Shown piece by piece: positions 33,513 through 44,780 of a DNA stretch of 64,000 nucleotides. The DNA is taken from positions 160,411 through 224,410 of the forward strand of contig CAWCPV010000016.1 in assembly GCA_963797555.1 (NCBI GenBank), in the 5' to 3' direction. How positions within the stretch are numbered: position 1 is the first letter of the stretch; every line of letters starts with the position of its first letter. The translations under genes were made by a program, and so were the position numbers. The notes under the pieces are model-generated. The model had not been told where the DNA came from and did no database searches. It was given only the letters and a program-made list of their open reading frames with translations. This DNA is from an uncultured Gammaproteobacteria bacterium. GTDB lineage: Bacteria > Pseudomonadota > Gammaproteobacteria > CAWCPV01.

Positions 33513-34118
33513 CTAGTACCTCATTTCATCTCGATTTTCGGGTATAAGCGCTTGAGTTTGATGCGAGCATCGTCGTTGGTGAACTGCCAGTTGACGCCCA
33601 CCTGAGCGGTGTTGCGGCGTTCGGCCCAGGCTTTGGCCTCGCAACGTAGTGTTTCAAGATCGGCGATACGGCGGTTGAGGCATTGCTTGGTGAAGACTCT
33701 CAACTCAATTGCGGCCACCTCCAACCAGCTGCCATGCTTGGGCGTGTAGTGAATCTCCAGGCGATCCAGCAAGCGGCGCGCCTCGGCAGGCGCAAAGGCC
33801 TTGTACAAGGAGGCCGGGACGTGAGTGTTCAAGTTGTCCCACACCAAGACCACCTTCTCGGCCTCGGGATAATCGACCTCGAGCAGTTCTCGGGATCTCT
33901 TCGGCCAAGTCGTGGGCCGTTTTCGTGGTGCGGACATTGACCTTGCGCCAACCGGCCAAAGGCTCGGTCAGCATGAAGTTGACGGCAGTTCCCAAGCGTT
34001 CGTACTCATAGTCGTAACGCTGCGGTTGGCCGGGTTCGACAGGCAGGGGCCGACGTGTCTCGCCGACCAACTGCATGGGTTGCTCGTCCAGACAAACCAT
34101 GGGCCGTTCTGGGTGCTG
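33513..34118 (-). mobile_element. IS630-family transposase 3' half
   Basis: VCLDEQPMQL, YDYEYER.G, VWDNLNTH, YTPKHGSWL..A.IE and ARIKLKRLYP. Ends at CTAG. Confidence 0.85.
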
Positions 34119-34240
34119 CGTTTGTCACGAAGTTTGAACCTAACGATCATTGCGTCTGGCGCCACCCCAGAGGATGAAAGAAGCTGTGGGGTGGGAGACG
34201 GCGGGAAGAGGTCGCGCAAGTTTTTGGCGGCTCGACCCCG

Positions 34241-34395
34241 CAACCTAACGTGACCCGCCGGACCGACTCGTACCCCGGATTGCTTCCCTACAGAGCGCAC
34301 GTTAAACAGGCCGTCGGCGGCTTGCCGCCTTCAGGCTCACTCGGTCCGGCACCCGCCGTCTCCCATCTCTTGAGTGTATTGCGACGGGAGACGAC
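34241..34395 (+). ncRNA. Structured 5' non-coding end of IS110 (bridge-RNA candidate)
   Basis: Perfect pairings: 34257-66 with 34341-50 (10 bp), 34246-52 with 34298-304 (7 bp), 34357-64 with 34386-93 (8 bp). Confidence 0.5.
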
Positions 34396-35490
34396 ATGGA
34401 ACTGGTAGCGATCTTCAAGCGTGTCATCGGTCTGGATGTGCATCAGGGGCAAGTGACCGCCTGTGCCATCCTTGAGGAGGCCGACGGCCAAGTCTACATC
34501 GAGCAACGCCAATTCGGTGCCTTCAAGAAAGACCGCCGGGCGTTCGCGGAGTGGTGCGCGGGATTTCGCCCGGAGGAGGTGGTCATGGAGAGCACCGGCA
34601 TTTACTGGAAAAGTCCTTACGCAGCCCTAGAAGGCGCACGGCATCCAAGCCAAGGTGGTCAACGCCCGCCACGTCAAGCAGGTCCCGGGACGCAAGACCG
34701 ACATCGGCGATGCCCAGTGGCTGGCCATGTTGGCTCGCGCCGCTCTGTTGCGCGCCTCCTTCGTGCCGAAGGCCAAACTGCGCGAGCTGCGCCTGATCGC
34801 CCGGCAGCGACAGAAGCTCGTGGGCTTGGCTGCCTCGGAGAAGAACCGGCTGCACAAGGTGCTCACCGATGGTGGCATCCGCCTGGGGGTGGTGGTGAGC
34901 GATATCCACGGCCAGTCGGCCCGTGCCATGCTGAAAGCCCTCATCCAGGGGGCTGCTGCCCACGAGGTCCTCCCCCTGGCCAGCCGCCGGCTGAAGGCGA
35001 GCCGCGAGGAGCTGCTCGATGCCCTGCAGGGGGACCTGACCGAGTCTCATCGCTTCGTCCTCGATGAATTGATGCGCCACATCGAGGAGCTCGAAGCCCG
35101 CATCGCCCGCTTCGATGCTCGCTTGCTCGAAGGCCTGAAGGAGGAGGCCAACAGCCTGCTGTTGTTGCAGACCCTACCAGGGGTCAATGTCATCGGTGCC
35201 GCCATGCTGCTGGTGGAAATCGGTAGCGACATGAGCGCCTTCGGTCATGCCGAGCGGCTCGCTTCCTGGGTGGGTATCTGCCCCGGCAACCACGAGTCGG
35301 CCGGCAAGCGCCAATCGGGGCGCACCCGCAAGGGCAACCCCTATGTGCGTCGTCTGCTGTGCGAGTTCGCCCATGCCGCAAGCCGTACCCGCTTGCGCCG
35401 CGGCCGCAAACGAGCCATCATCGCTCTGGCCCACAAGATGTTGCGTATCATCTTCTGCATGCTCTCGCGCGGCCAACACTACCGGGATTC
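34396..35490 (+). pseudogene. IS110-family recombinase (frameshift near 34635, 3' truncated)
   Basis: GLDVH, MESTG and KTDIGDA (DEDD); TLPGV..IGA and GICPGNHESAGK (Tnp-domain serine). Confidence 0.9.
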
Positions 35491-35881
35491 GGCCCGCGCT
35501 TCGGCGCCCGGTACGCCTTCTTCAGCACTCCGGCCGATGCACGCTTGATCAGCCGCGTGATCTGTTGACGCGAGTACCCCGGGGTACGCACCAGATAACG
35601 CACCACCACGCCCTTGTCGGCCCGCTTGAGCCGGCTGTAGCCGAAGCGCCTCAGCACCTGCTGGATGGTGCCGGTAGCGGTCTTCGTCGTGCCCACATCC
35701 CCGAAACTCGACCTCCGCAGTGCCTTCCAGGAACTGCCGCAACTGCGTCAGCGTGACCAGCTTCTGCTCGCTCATGTCGATCACCATGCACCCGATGATC
35801 GATCCACTCAGCTCGCTTCAGACTCATACCTCGCTCGAAACACACACCACCGTTCAGACTCATACCATGTTGGAAAAGACT
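35491..35881 (-). mobile_element. 5' end fragment of an integrase-type IS
   Basis: MVIDMSEQKLVTLTQLRQFLEGT..RFGY..LKRADKG..GYSRQQITRL. The end has a duplicated TTCAGACTCATACC and terminal TTGGAAAAGACT. Confidence 0.65.
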
Positions 35882-35995
35882 TGCCCTGTCCCGGAGGTTC
35901 ACACTCCTGTAATATCTTCGCGTTCTAATTCCCTGCCGAATGGGTGCTGACCAGCCGAGTGGCAGCCGTCGAGATTTCGGTCGAAGCGCACGTCG

Positions 35996-36685
35996 ATGTC
36001 TGGCAAGATCCTTATCGTCGAAGACGAGCCTGCGATACGCGACATGCTGCGCTTCGCGCTCTCGCGGGCCGGCTATGACACGCTGGAGGCAGGGGACGTC
36101 AAACAGGCCGAGATCCATGTGCGCAACGCGCTGCCCGACCTAGTCCTGCTGGACTGGATGCTGCCGGGCATGAGCGGCATCGATTATGCGCGCCGCCTGA
36201 AGCAGGACCGGGATGCGCGTCAGATCCCTATCATCATCCTCACCGCCAAGGGCGAAGAGGAGGACAGGATCCGGGGGCTGGAGGTCGGCGCCGATGACTA
36301 TGTGAGCAAACCTTTTTCGCCGCGCGAGCTTCTGGCCCGCATCAAGGCCGTCCTGCGACGCGTCGCACCGCAGGCGACCGACGAGGTGGCCCAGATCGGC
36401 GATCTGCAGCTCGACCCCGCGAGCCATCGCATTAGCGCCGGGAGAAACGGGGTGGAAATGGGACCGACGGAGTTCCGTCTACTGCATTTCTTCATGACCC
36501 ACCAGGAGAGGGTCTACAGTCGCCGGCAACTGCTGGATATGATCTGGGGGATGAATGCCTACGTCGAGGAACGTACCGTGGACGTTCACATCCGTCGGCT
36601 GCGCAAGGCGCTGGCGCCCCATGGCTTGGAGGGGCTGATTGAGACCGTGCGCGGGGTCGGCTACCGTCTTTCCGCACCCAGCTGA
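35996..36685 (+). CDS. phoB: Phosphate regulon response regulator
   Basis: [32 protein letters not shown] and [18 protein letters not shown]. Confidence 0.95.
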   Translation: MSGKILIVEDEPAIRDMLRFALSRAGYDTLEAGDVKQAEIHVRNALPDLVLLDWMLPGMSGIDYARRLKQDRDARQIPIIILTAKGEEEDRIRGLEVGADDYVSKPFSPRELLARIKAVLRRVAPQATDEVAQIGDLQLDPASHRISAGRNGVEMGPTEFRLLHFFMTHQERVYSRRQLLDMIWGMNAYVEERTVDVHIRRLRKALAPHGLEGLIETVRGVGYRLSAPS

Positions 36686-36687
36686 CA

Positions 36688-38004
36688 TTGGACAGCGTCT
36701 GGGCAAAAGAGGCCCTGCGCATCGGCGGCGCTCTGCTCCTCGCCGCCCTCATTGGCGCCATGCTGGGCTATGCCACGGCTACGGCCCTGGCCGCAGCCCT
36801 GGCGTACCTGGGCTGGCACGTCTACCACCTGAATCAGCTCCACTGGTGGCTGCGCGAGGGAAAGAAGTTCCGGCCTCCTCTGGCACGCGGCGTGTGGGGG
36901 CAGGTCTTCAACGAGATCTATCGGCTGCAACTGCGCAATCGCAAGCGCAAGCGCAAGCTGGCCCGCTACCTCAGACGCTTTCAGGACGCCACGGCAGCCT
37001 GGCCAGATGCGGCGGTTGTCCTCGACGAGGTCGGCGCCATCGAGTGGGCCAACCCCCGGGCGCGCGAGCTGCTTGGCCTTCGTATCCCTCAGGACGTGGG
37101 TCGTCGCGTGACCTACTTCGTTCGCCACCCCGGTTTCTCCCTCTTCCTCACCGCGGGCGGGGCCGAACCGCTGCAGCTACCGTCGCCGGTCGACCCCGAC
37201 GTGCACCTCGCCGTGTACATTTTGCCTTACGGAAAGAAACAGCAGCGTCTACTGATCGCCCATGACGTCACGCGGTTGCGTCGCCTGGAACTGGTACGCC
37301 GCGACTTCGTCGCCAACGTGTCGCACGAGCTACGCACGCCGCTGACGGTCCTCAACGGATACCTGGAAACCCTCGGAGACGTGGCCGAAGAGTGTCCAGT
37401 CGGCTGGGGTGAATCGCTGCATGCCATGCAGCAGCAAGCAGCGCGGATGCAGCGCATCGTCGAAGACCTGCTGCTACTCGCTCGCCTCGAGGCGGAAAGC
37501 GAGGAGCCACGCGAGGAACACGTGTCTGTACCTGACCTGCTCGAATCCGTAACCGACGAGGCCCGTCGGCTGAGCGGAGCACAGGGTCACCACATCAGCC
37601 TGGAGGCAGAGGCGGTCACTGTCACCGGAGATGCCGGGGAACTGCGCAGCGCCTTCTCTAACCTCGTCGTGAACGCGGTTCAGTACACGCCGCCCGGCGG
37701 CGACATCCGTATACGCTGGTACCGTGATGAACGCGGCGTACACTTGGAGGTGACCGACACGGGCCCAGGGATCGAGGTGCAGCACATTCCGCGCCTCACG
37801 GAGCGCTTCTACCGCGTTGACGTCGGGCGCTCCCGCGAAAGCGGCGGCACCGGTCTCGGACTGGCCATCGTGAAGCACGTGCTGCAGCGGCACGACGCCG
37901 AGCTTCACATCCAGAGCGCTCCGGGCAAGGGCAGCACCTTCCGCTGCGATTTCCCGGCGTGGCGCGCGGAGACGGTTCTCGCCGACCCGGCATCGCTGTC
38001 ATGA
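36688..38004 (+). CDS. phoR: Phosphate regulon sensor kinase
   Basis: TM, PAS, DFVANVSHELRTPLTV, AFSNLV.NA..YT and ERFYRVD.GRSR..GGTGLGL. Confidence 0.95.
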   Translation: MDSVWAKEALRIGGALLLAALIGAMLGYATATALAAALAYLGWHVYHLNQLHWWLREGKKFRPPLARGVWGQVFNEIYRLQLRNRKRKRKLARYLRRFQDATAAWPDAAVVLDEVGAIEWANPRARELLGLRIPQDVGRRVTYFVRHPGFSLFLTAGGAEPLQLPSPVDPDVHLAVYILPYGKKQQRLLIAHDVTRLRRLELVRRDFVANVSHELRTPLTVLNGYLETLGDVAEECPVGWGESLHAMQQQAARMQRIVEDLLLLARLEAESEEPREEHVSVPDLLESVTDEARRLSGAQGHHISLEAEAVTVTGDAGELRSAFSNLVVNAVQYTPPGGDIRIRWYRDERGVHLEVTDTGPGIEVQHIPRLTERFYRVDVGRSRESGGTGLGLAIVKHVLQRHDAELHIQSAPGKGSTFRCDFPAWRAETVLADPASLS

Positions 38005-38010
38005 AACTCA

Positions 38011-38150
38011 CAGCCTGTGAAGAAATCGTCGTGAGCGCCCCAGAGCGGGGGCGCACGGAGCACAGCGGCGAGCGCTATCCTAAACTAGGTGAGGAGCTAG
38101 CATCGTACGCCGGCGCCATCGGGGGGGTGCAGCAGTTTTGTGCGCGAGCG
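38011..38150 (-). repeat. Degenerate MITE copy between phoR and phoU
   Basis: TCA|CAGCCTGTGAAGAAATCGTCG...GGCGCACGGAGCACAGCG..TAGGTGAGGAGC. Confidence 0.7.
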
Positions 38151-38198
38151 CCACGGAGTTCGTTACCGGCCGCTTAGCCCGGAAGGAGGAGCATTAGC

Positions 38199-38942
38199 AT
38201 GGACAGAATCAGCATCGGCCAGCACATTTCCCGTCAGTTCAATACCGAGCTGGAAGACATCCGGCAGCGGGTTCTGGCCATGGGTGGCCTGGTTGAGCAG
38301 CAGGTCCAGGACGGCCTGCGCGCCCTGGTGGAGGGCAACAGCCAGATGGCGGAGTTCGTCCTCACCAACGACCATAAAGTGAACGCCATGGAAGTCGCCA
38401 TCGACGAGGAATGCATTCAGGTGCTGGCCCGCCGGCAGCCAGCGGCGAGCGACCTGCGTCTTATCATCGCAGTCATCAAGACGATTACTGACCTCGAGCG
38501 TATCGGTGACGAGGCAGAGCGCATCGCACGCATGACCATGCACCTCATCGATACCGGCGGATGCAATGGCAACACCTGTTTTGGCATGGAGGCGATGTCG
38601 ACGCGCGTTCAGAAGATGCTGCACGACGTTCTGGACGCCTTCGCGCGGCTGGATGTCGAGGCAGCCGTCCACGTGGCCCGGGAGGACAACAGGGTCAACC
38701 AAGAGTACGACGGCCTCACGCGCCAGCACATCACCTTCATGATGGAGGATCCGCGCACCATCAGCCGCGGCATCGATCTGCTGTGGATCGCCCGCGCCCT
38801 GGAACGCATCGGTGATCACGCTCGCAATATCGGCGAGTACGTCATCTACCTGGTGCGTGGCAAGGATGTCCGCCACACCTCCCTGGAGCACATGGAACGG
38901 GCAGCCCACGGAAACGGGGAGCTGCCCAAAGAGAGCGCCTAA
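38199..38942 (+). CDS. phoU: Phosphate signalling protein PhoU
   Basis: HISRQFNTELE, ARRQPAASDLR, TDLERIGDEA and RALERIGDHA. Confidence 0.95.
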   Translation: MDRISIGQHISRQFNTELEDIRQRVLAMGGLVEQQVQDGLRALVEGNSQMAEFVLTNDHKVNAMEVAIDEECIQVLARRQPAASDLRLIIAVIKTITDLERIGDEAERIARMTMHLIDTGGCNGNTCFGMEAMSTRVQKMLHDVLDAFARLDVEAAVHVAREDNRVNQEYDGLTRQHITFMMEDPRTISRGIDLLWIARALERIGDHARNIGEYVIYLVRGKDVRHTSLEHMERAAHGNGELPKESA

Positions 38943-40264
38943 TCGACGCCGAGCTTCTTTAGCCGGTAGCGCAGTGCCCGGAAGGAGATGCCCAGCAGCT
39001 TCGCCGCGGCGGTCTTGTTGTAGCGCGTCTTCTCAAGAGCCTGGAGAATGGCCTGTCGCTCCAGGTCGCTGAGGAACGGATCGAGGGACTGCTGGGCCGC
39101 AGGCGCGGCGCGCTCCGGGAGGGTCAGGGCGCTGGGGCCTGGGAGCTGGAGATCGTGCTCCTGGATCAGGCGACCTTCACTGAGAGTGATGGCACGCTCC
39201 AAGATGTTCTCGAGCTCCCGCACGTTCCCAGGGAAGTCGTATGCGACGAGTGCCGTCAAGGCCGCCTTCGAGAGCACCGGCTTCGAAACCCCGGGCGGGG
39301 CCAGTGTCCCCAGAATGTGCTCTACGAGGTGCGGGATGTCTTCGCGCCTGCCCCGCAGGGCCGGCACGCTCAGCTCGATGACGTTGATGCGATAGTACAG
39401 GTCCTGACGGAAGAGCCCGTCCCGCACTAAGGCCCCGAGGTCTTTGTGGGTCGCGCTCAGCAGGCGGACGTCCACGGACACCTCCTGCTGGGCACCCACC
39501 GGCCGCACCGCCTTCTCTTGGATGGCGCGCAGCAGCTTGACCTGCATGTGTAGGGGCAGCTCGGCGACCTCGTCCAGGAACAACGTGCCCCCGTGGGCCG
39601 CCTGGAATAGCCCGGGCTTGTCCGCGGTAGCGCCGGTGAAGCTGCCCCGTTTGTGTCCGAAGAACTCGCTCTCCATCAGCTCCTGGGGAATGGCACCGCA
39701 ATTCACCGCCACGAAGGGCTTCTCACCCCGCGGCCCCTGCTCGTGAATCAGCCGTGCCACGAGCTCCTTACCCGTGCCGGATTCCCCACTGATGTAGACG
39801 GGAGCCTGGCTGCGCGCAAGCTTGCCGATCGTCGACCGAATGGTCTGCATGGCGGGAGACTCGCCCAGCAGCTGACGGCTCGAAGTCCGGCGCTTGTCCG
39901 ATAGGCGCAAGGCGCTGGTAACGAGATTGCGCAGGACCGGAAGCTCCACCGGCTTGGAGACAAAGTCGAAGGCTCCGGCCTTCAGGCTGCGAATGGCCGA
40001 TTCCATGTCTCCGTATGCGGTGATGACCGCCACTGGGAGCTTGGGGTGGTTTAGCTGAATGTACTCGACCAGCGAGATGCCACTGCCGTCGGGCAACCGC
40101 ATGTCCGTGAGGCACAGGTCGAAGGGCTGTTGCTGCAGCAGGCGCCGAGCCGCCGCCAGGGTGTCCGCGGACCGGCTAGCCACCGACATGCGCTCCAGCG
40201 TGAGCGCCAGAAGCTCACGTATGTCAGCCTCGTCGTCCACAACTAGCGCGAGTGGCGGAGACAT
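38939..40264 (-). CDS. pilR: Sigma54-dependent response regulator PilR
   Basis: REC domain, GESGTGKE, GSFTGA variant and Fis-type HTH. Coupled to pilS. Confidence 0.88.
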   Translation of the reverse strand: MSPPLALVVDDEADIRELLALTLERMSVASRSADTLAAARRLLQQQPFDLCLTDMRLPDGSGISLVEYIQLNHPKLPVAVITAYGDMESAIRSLKAGAFDFVSKPVELPVLRNLVTSALRLSDKRRTSSRQLLGESPAMQTIRSTIGKLARSQAPVYISGESGTGKELVARLIHEQGPRGEKPFVAVNCGAIPQELMESEFFGHKRGSFTGATADKPGLFQAAHGGTLFLDEVAELPLHMQVKLLRAIQEKAVRPVGAQQEVSVDVRLLSATHKDLGALVRDGLFRQDLYYRINVIELSVPALRGRREDIPHLVEHILGTLAPPGVSKPVLSKAALTALVAYDFPGNVRELENILERAITLSEGRLIQEHDLQLPGPSALTLPERAAPAAQQSLDPFLSDLERQAILQALEKTRYNKTAAAKLLGISFRALRYRLKKLGVD

Positions 40265-41892
40265 CAGGCGCCCCTTCTCCGGGGGTCCGCAAAGGTGATG
40301 CGAAAGCAGCTCCCCCCTTCCGGCTCAGGCAGGTAGCTGAGACGCGCCTGATTGTGCTCGCAGAGTTCGCGGGCCATATACAGCCCCAGACCAGTACCCC
40401 GCGGCTCGGTGGTAAAGAAGGGCTCGAAGATCTGGTCTGCGAGATCTGGGGCGATTCCTGGACCGCGATCGAGAACATCAAGCACCGGGGTATTGCCCTG
40501 CATGCTCCCCCTCAGCGTGAGCCAAGCCTCCCCGGCATGTGTCAAGCTATAATGCAGCCCATTCTGGCAGAGATTGTACAGGATTTGTCGCAGGTGGCGA
40601 GGATCCATGCGCGCGCGCAGATCTGGGGGCTGGACGTCGAGCACGATGCGCGCCTCCGGCTGGGCATGCATCCATTCGCTCACAAAGCCCTGCAGCCAGA
40701 GTTGCAGCTGGATGTCGTCGGCACGGGACTGTTCGCGTCGGCTCAGCTGCAATACGTTCTCGATAACCTCGTTCACGCGTTGGCACTGGGCATGGATGAT
40801 CTGTGTCAGTCTGGCATCCCCCGAGCTCAGCTGAGCTGATTCGCCAAGCAGTTGCGCCGCCTGGCTGATAGCACCCAAGGGGTTGCGCACCTCGTGGGCG
40901 ATGCTGGCGGTCAGGCGTCCCAGAGAGGCCAACTTGAGGTGCTGAGCCTGCTGGGCCATGGCCGAAGTGTCCTCTAGAAAAATCAACGTGCCGGCGCGCT
41001 CCCCATCCCCCAGCCGTGCCATCCTGGGTGCAATGCGAGGCCCATCGCGTGTGGCCTGAAAAATGCCAGGGTCCTGGCTGGAGTCCCTGCGCCACTCCAC
41101 CCAGCGGCGCGCCAATTCCGGGCAGAGTTGCGGGAGACGGTCACGGTCTAACGTCTGCTCGATACCCAGCAGCCGGCACGCAGCGCCATTGATCAGCCAC
41201 ACGCGTTGGCCCACGTCCATGACCAGTACCCCAGTCTGCATACGCTGGATGACATAGTCTGTGAGCTGCGCCATATTGGCCAGATCGACGCCGCGACGCA
41301 CCGCCAGTGCCTCGCTCTCCGAGGCCCGTTTCGCCAGGGCATGTGCGAGCAAGGCGGCCGCAAAGTAGGCGGCCCCCAGCATCCCGGCCTGGGTGTAGTA
41401 GGTCGTTTCAAAACAGGCATGTACCTGGCTGTAGAGTTGCTCTCCGAGGATCGCCAGCGTGGCGAAGGCGGCGAATACCAGGGAGCTCCGACCGTGCAGG
41501 ACTAGGCTTGCGGCCGTGATCGAGATCAGCGGCAACAGTCCCAACCCGCTCACGACACCACCGCTGGCATGCATGAGCAAAGTCAGGATTACAACGTCCA
41601 GACCGACGTGCAGGTGGACCTGTGACAGAAAGGGCGGACGACGCAGGCGGAGCAGATAAAACGCGAGCCCCGCGACGACGAGGTAAAAACCGCTGACCCC
41701 AACGAACAGGGCGCGACTATATGCGCCCAGCAGACGGGGGCCCGCGCCGGTGACCACCATACCCAAGAGCAGTCCCGCCAGAACGAGGCGGTAGAGGTTG
41801 TATAGCTCTAGGAGCCTCCAGGAACTCGACGGAGCAGAGGGCCTCGCCCTATCCGGCCCCTCGACCAGTACCTTCGCCGAAGGCGCGCTCAG
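40264..41892 (-). CDS. pilS: Sensor kinase PilS (start uncertain)
   Basis: YNLYRL, LLMHASGGV.SGLG, LASLGRLTASIAHEVRNPL and EPFFTT..GTGLGL. A possible CTG start overlaps the upstream stop. Confidence 0.85.
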   Translation of the reverse strand: MSAPSAKVLVEGPDRARPSAPSSSWRLLELYNLYRLVLAGLLLGMVVTGAGPRLLGAYSRALFVGVSGFYLVVAGLAFYLLRLRRPPFLSQVHLHVGLDVVILTLLMHASGGVVSGLGLLPLISITAASLVLHGRSSLVFAAFATLAILGEQLYSQVHACFETTYYTQAGMLGAAYFAAALLAHALAKRASESEALAVRRGVDLANMAQLTDYVIQRMQTGVLVMDVGQRVWLINGAACRLLGIEQTLDRDRLPQLCPELARRWVEWRRDSSQDPGIFQATRDGPRIAPRMARLGDGERAGTLIFLEDTSAMAQQAQHLKLASLGRLTASIAHEVRNPLGAISQAAQLLGESAQLSSGDARLTQIIHAQCQRVNEVIENVLQLSRREQSRADDIQLQLWLQGFVSEWMHAQPEARIVLDVQPPDLRARMDPRHLRQILYNLCQNGLHYSLTHAGEAWLTLRGSMQGNTPVLDVLDRGPGIAPDLADQIFEPFFTTEPRGTGLGLYMARELCEHNQARLSYLPEPEGGSCFRITFADPRRRGA

Positions 41893-42116
41893 CGCCGAGG
41901 CGGCAAGGCGGTCTGTCGGTGTTCCAGGCTGCAGAAGTATTTTTCCCCCTCCCTGATGGCCTCCCCTTCGGGCAGGTGGACGCCACACTGGGCACAGCGC
42001 ACCACGCGGGTCACGTTCCGAGCCGGCCGGCGTCGGAGTACCCGCTGCCCCGTCGTTCGGCCGGCGAGCGCCACCCACAGGATCCCGAGAAGAAACACGT
42101 AGAGCAGTAAACGCAT
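41889..42116 (-). CDS. PP0621-family protein
   Basis: TM, then VRCAQCGVHLPEGEA....YFCSLEH; usual neighbour of pilS. Confidence 0.85.
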   Translation of the reverse strand: MRLLLYVFLLGILWVALAGRTTGQRVLRRRPARNVTRVVRCAQCGVHLPEGEAIREGEKYFCSLEHRQTALPPRR

Positions 42117-42191
42117 GGCGGCCAGCAGTCCCTTCGCTTGCCTACTGCTGCAGGTTTGCCCAGAATAGCGACTTTGCGCCGGGAAAAACAG

Positions 42192-43349
42192 ATGTACCTG
42201 CACGAGTTCCAGGCCAAGAGGCTGTTGGCAAGTGCCGGCGTCCCGGTACCCGCCGGTGTTGCCGCCAATTCGGTTAGCGAGGCGCTGGCGGCCGCACACA
42301 CGCTCGGCGGGACAAGCTGGGTCGTCAAGGCCCAGGTGCACGCGGGCGGCAGAGGCAAGGCCGGCGGGGTGCGCTCGGTGGACCGCCCGGAGGAAATCGG
42401 TGCCGCCGCGCGCGAGCTACTCCACACCCGTTTGGTGACCCATCAGACGGGCGCCAATGGGCTCCCCGTGAGCTGGCTGCTGGTCGAGCAGCCCGTTTCG
42501 GTAGAGCGCGAGCTCTACCTGGCCACCTTCGTGGACCGTACCGCCGCCCGGGTCGTATTTATGGGGTGCCGCACGGGAGGAATGGACATCGAGCAAATGG
42601 CCGCCCAACACCCGGAGGACATCGTGCTGACCCGCATCGAGCCGGTGGTCGGGCTACAGCCCTATCAGTGCCGCCGCCTCGCCTTCGGCATGGGGCTGGC
42701 GGACAAGCTCAAAGATATCTCCGGCATCATGTCGTCCCTGTACCAGTTGCTGCTCCGCAGAGACGCCAGCCTCATCGAGATCAACCCCTTGGTACTGACC
42801 ACCGAGGGTGGGCTGCTGGCGCTGGACGCCAAACTCACCCTGGACGACAACGCACTCTACCGCCAGCCGGATCTGGCCGAGCTGCGCGATCCCTCCCAGG
42901 AGGAGGAGAGAGAGGTCGCCGCACGCCGCTTCGGACTGAGCTACGTCACCCTGGATGGCAATATTGCGTGCATGGTCAATGGCGCAGGCCTGGCCATGGC
43001 CACGATGGACCTCATCAAGCTCCATGGGGGTGAGCCTGCGAATTTTCTGGACGTGGGCGGGAGCGCGACCGCGGACCGGGTCAGCGAAGCATTCAAGCTT
43101 ATCCTCGGCGATCCCAAGGTGCGGGCGATCCTAGTGAACATCTTCGGCGGAATCGTACGCTGTGATCTGATCGCAGAGGGCCTGATGCAGGCTCTCCAGG
43201 ACGTCGCGGTCAGGGTTCCAGTCGTGGTGCGATTGGAGGGCACCCAGGTGGAACGCGGCCGCGCATTGTTGGCGCAAAGCGGCCTCAACATCCTCACCGC
43301 GCAAGATCTCGACGATGCAGCCCGCCGGGCCGTGGCGGCCGCAGCCTGA
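42192..43349 (+). CDS. sucC: Succinyl-CoA synthetase beta subunit
   Basis: LHEFQAK, KAQVHAGGRGKAGG, NGAGLAMATMD and NIFGGIVRCD. Confidence 0.95.
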   Translation: MYLHEFQAKRLLASAGVPVPAGVAANSVSEALAAAHTLGGTSWVVKAQVHAGGRGKAGGVRSVDRPEEIGAAARELLHTRLVTHQTGANGLPVSWLLVEQPVSVERELYLATFVDRTAARVVFMGCRTGGMDIEQMAAQHPEDIVLTRIEPVVGLQPYQCRRLAFGMGLADKLKDISGIMSSLYQLLLRRDASLIEINPLVLTTEGGLLALDAKLTLDDNALYRQPDLAELRDPSQEEEREVAARRFGLSYVTLDGNIACMVNGAGLAMATMDLIKLHGGEPANFLDVGGSATADRVSEAFKLILGDPKVRAILVNIFGGIVRCDLIAEGLMQALQDVAVRVPVVVRLEGTQVERGRALLAQSGLNILTAQDLDDAARRAVAAAA

Positions 43350-43427
43350 GGTGTGGACACGCCGATACGTGCGCTTCGTGCGGCCGCGCCACCCCGGCGC
43401 TAACCATCAGCCAACCGCCTCGGTCAC

Positions 43428-44300
43428 GTGAGCATTCTCGTCAACCGCGACACCAAGGTCATCTGCCAGGGGTTTACCGGCAAACAGGGTACCTTCCATT
43501 CCCAACAGGCAATGGAGTACGGCACACGGCTCGTAGGCGGAGTCACGCCGGGCAAGGGCGGCCAGATCCATCTTGACCTCCCGGTATTCGACACCGTGCG
43601 AGACGCGGTCCAGCAGACCCAGGCTGAGGCGACGATGATTTACGTCCCCGCCGTTTTTGCGGCCGACGCCATCCTCGAGGCAGCCGATGCGGGCATACAA
43701 ATCATCGTGTGCATCACCGAGGGAATTCCCGTCCTGGACATGCTGCGCGTCAAGGCCGCGTTAGCCAGCACCCCGTGCCGTCTCATCGGCCCCAACTGTC
43801 CGGGCATCATCACGCCCGGCGAGTCCAAGATCGGCATCATGCCCGGGTTCATCCACCAGGCGGGATGCATAGGCATTGTCTCACGCTCCGGCACCCTGAC
43901 CTACGAAGCGGTCTTCCAAACCACGCGTGCCGGCCTGGGGCAGAGCACGTGCATCGGCATCGGTGGCGACCCGATCCACGGAATAGGTTTCACGGATTGC
44001 CTAGCCCTGTTCGAGGAGGATAATCAGACCGAGGGGATTCTGCTCATCGGCGAGATCGGCGGGGAGGAGGAGGAGCAGGCCGCTGAATTCATCCGCGCTC
44101 AGTCGCGCAAGCCGGTGCTAGCCTACGTGGCCGGACTGACCGCCCCGTCCGGCAAACGCATGGGCCATGCGGGCGCACTGATCGCGGGAGGTCGAGGCAC
44201 GGCTGCAGCCAAATTCGCTGCCCTTGAGGGCGCCGGCGTCGCACTCGCGCGTTCACCCGCCGAGCTGGGCCCGCGTATGCGGGCATGCCTCGGCCGCTGA
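43428..44300 (+). CDS. sucD: Succinyl-CoA synthetase alpha subunit
   Basis: [27 protein letters not shown] and RMGHAGA. Confidence 0.95.
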   Translation: MSILVNRDTKVICQGFTGKQGTFHSQQAMEYGTRLVGGVTPGKGGQIHLDLPVFDTVRDAVQQTQAEATMIYVPAVFAADAILEAADAGIQIIVCITEGIPVLDMLRVKAALASTPCRLIGPNCPGIITPGESKIGIMPGFIHQAGCIGIVSRSGTLTYEAVFQTTRAGLGQSTCIGIGGDPIHGIGFTDCLALFEEDNQTEGILLIGEIGGEEEEQAAEFIRAQSRKPVLAYVAGLTAPSGKRMGHAGALIAGGRGTAAAKFAALEGAGVALARSPAELGPRMRACLGR

Positions 44301-44735
<435 letters not shown>

Positions 44736-44780
44736 GTCGTGGCGGCGAAGCCCCGGCTGCCGCGGCGGGTGAGTCCCTGG

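Noticed and set aside
34240-34300. GTGCG on the minus strand as a group II intron 5' end
   Set aside because: It lies within the IS110 leader, with no matching intron domains or RT downstream.
35896-35915. Pho box upstream of phoB
   Set aside because: Only one reasonable half-site (CTGTAAT) and a poor second one; plausible but not supportable.
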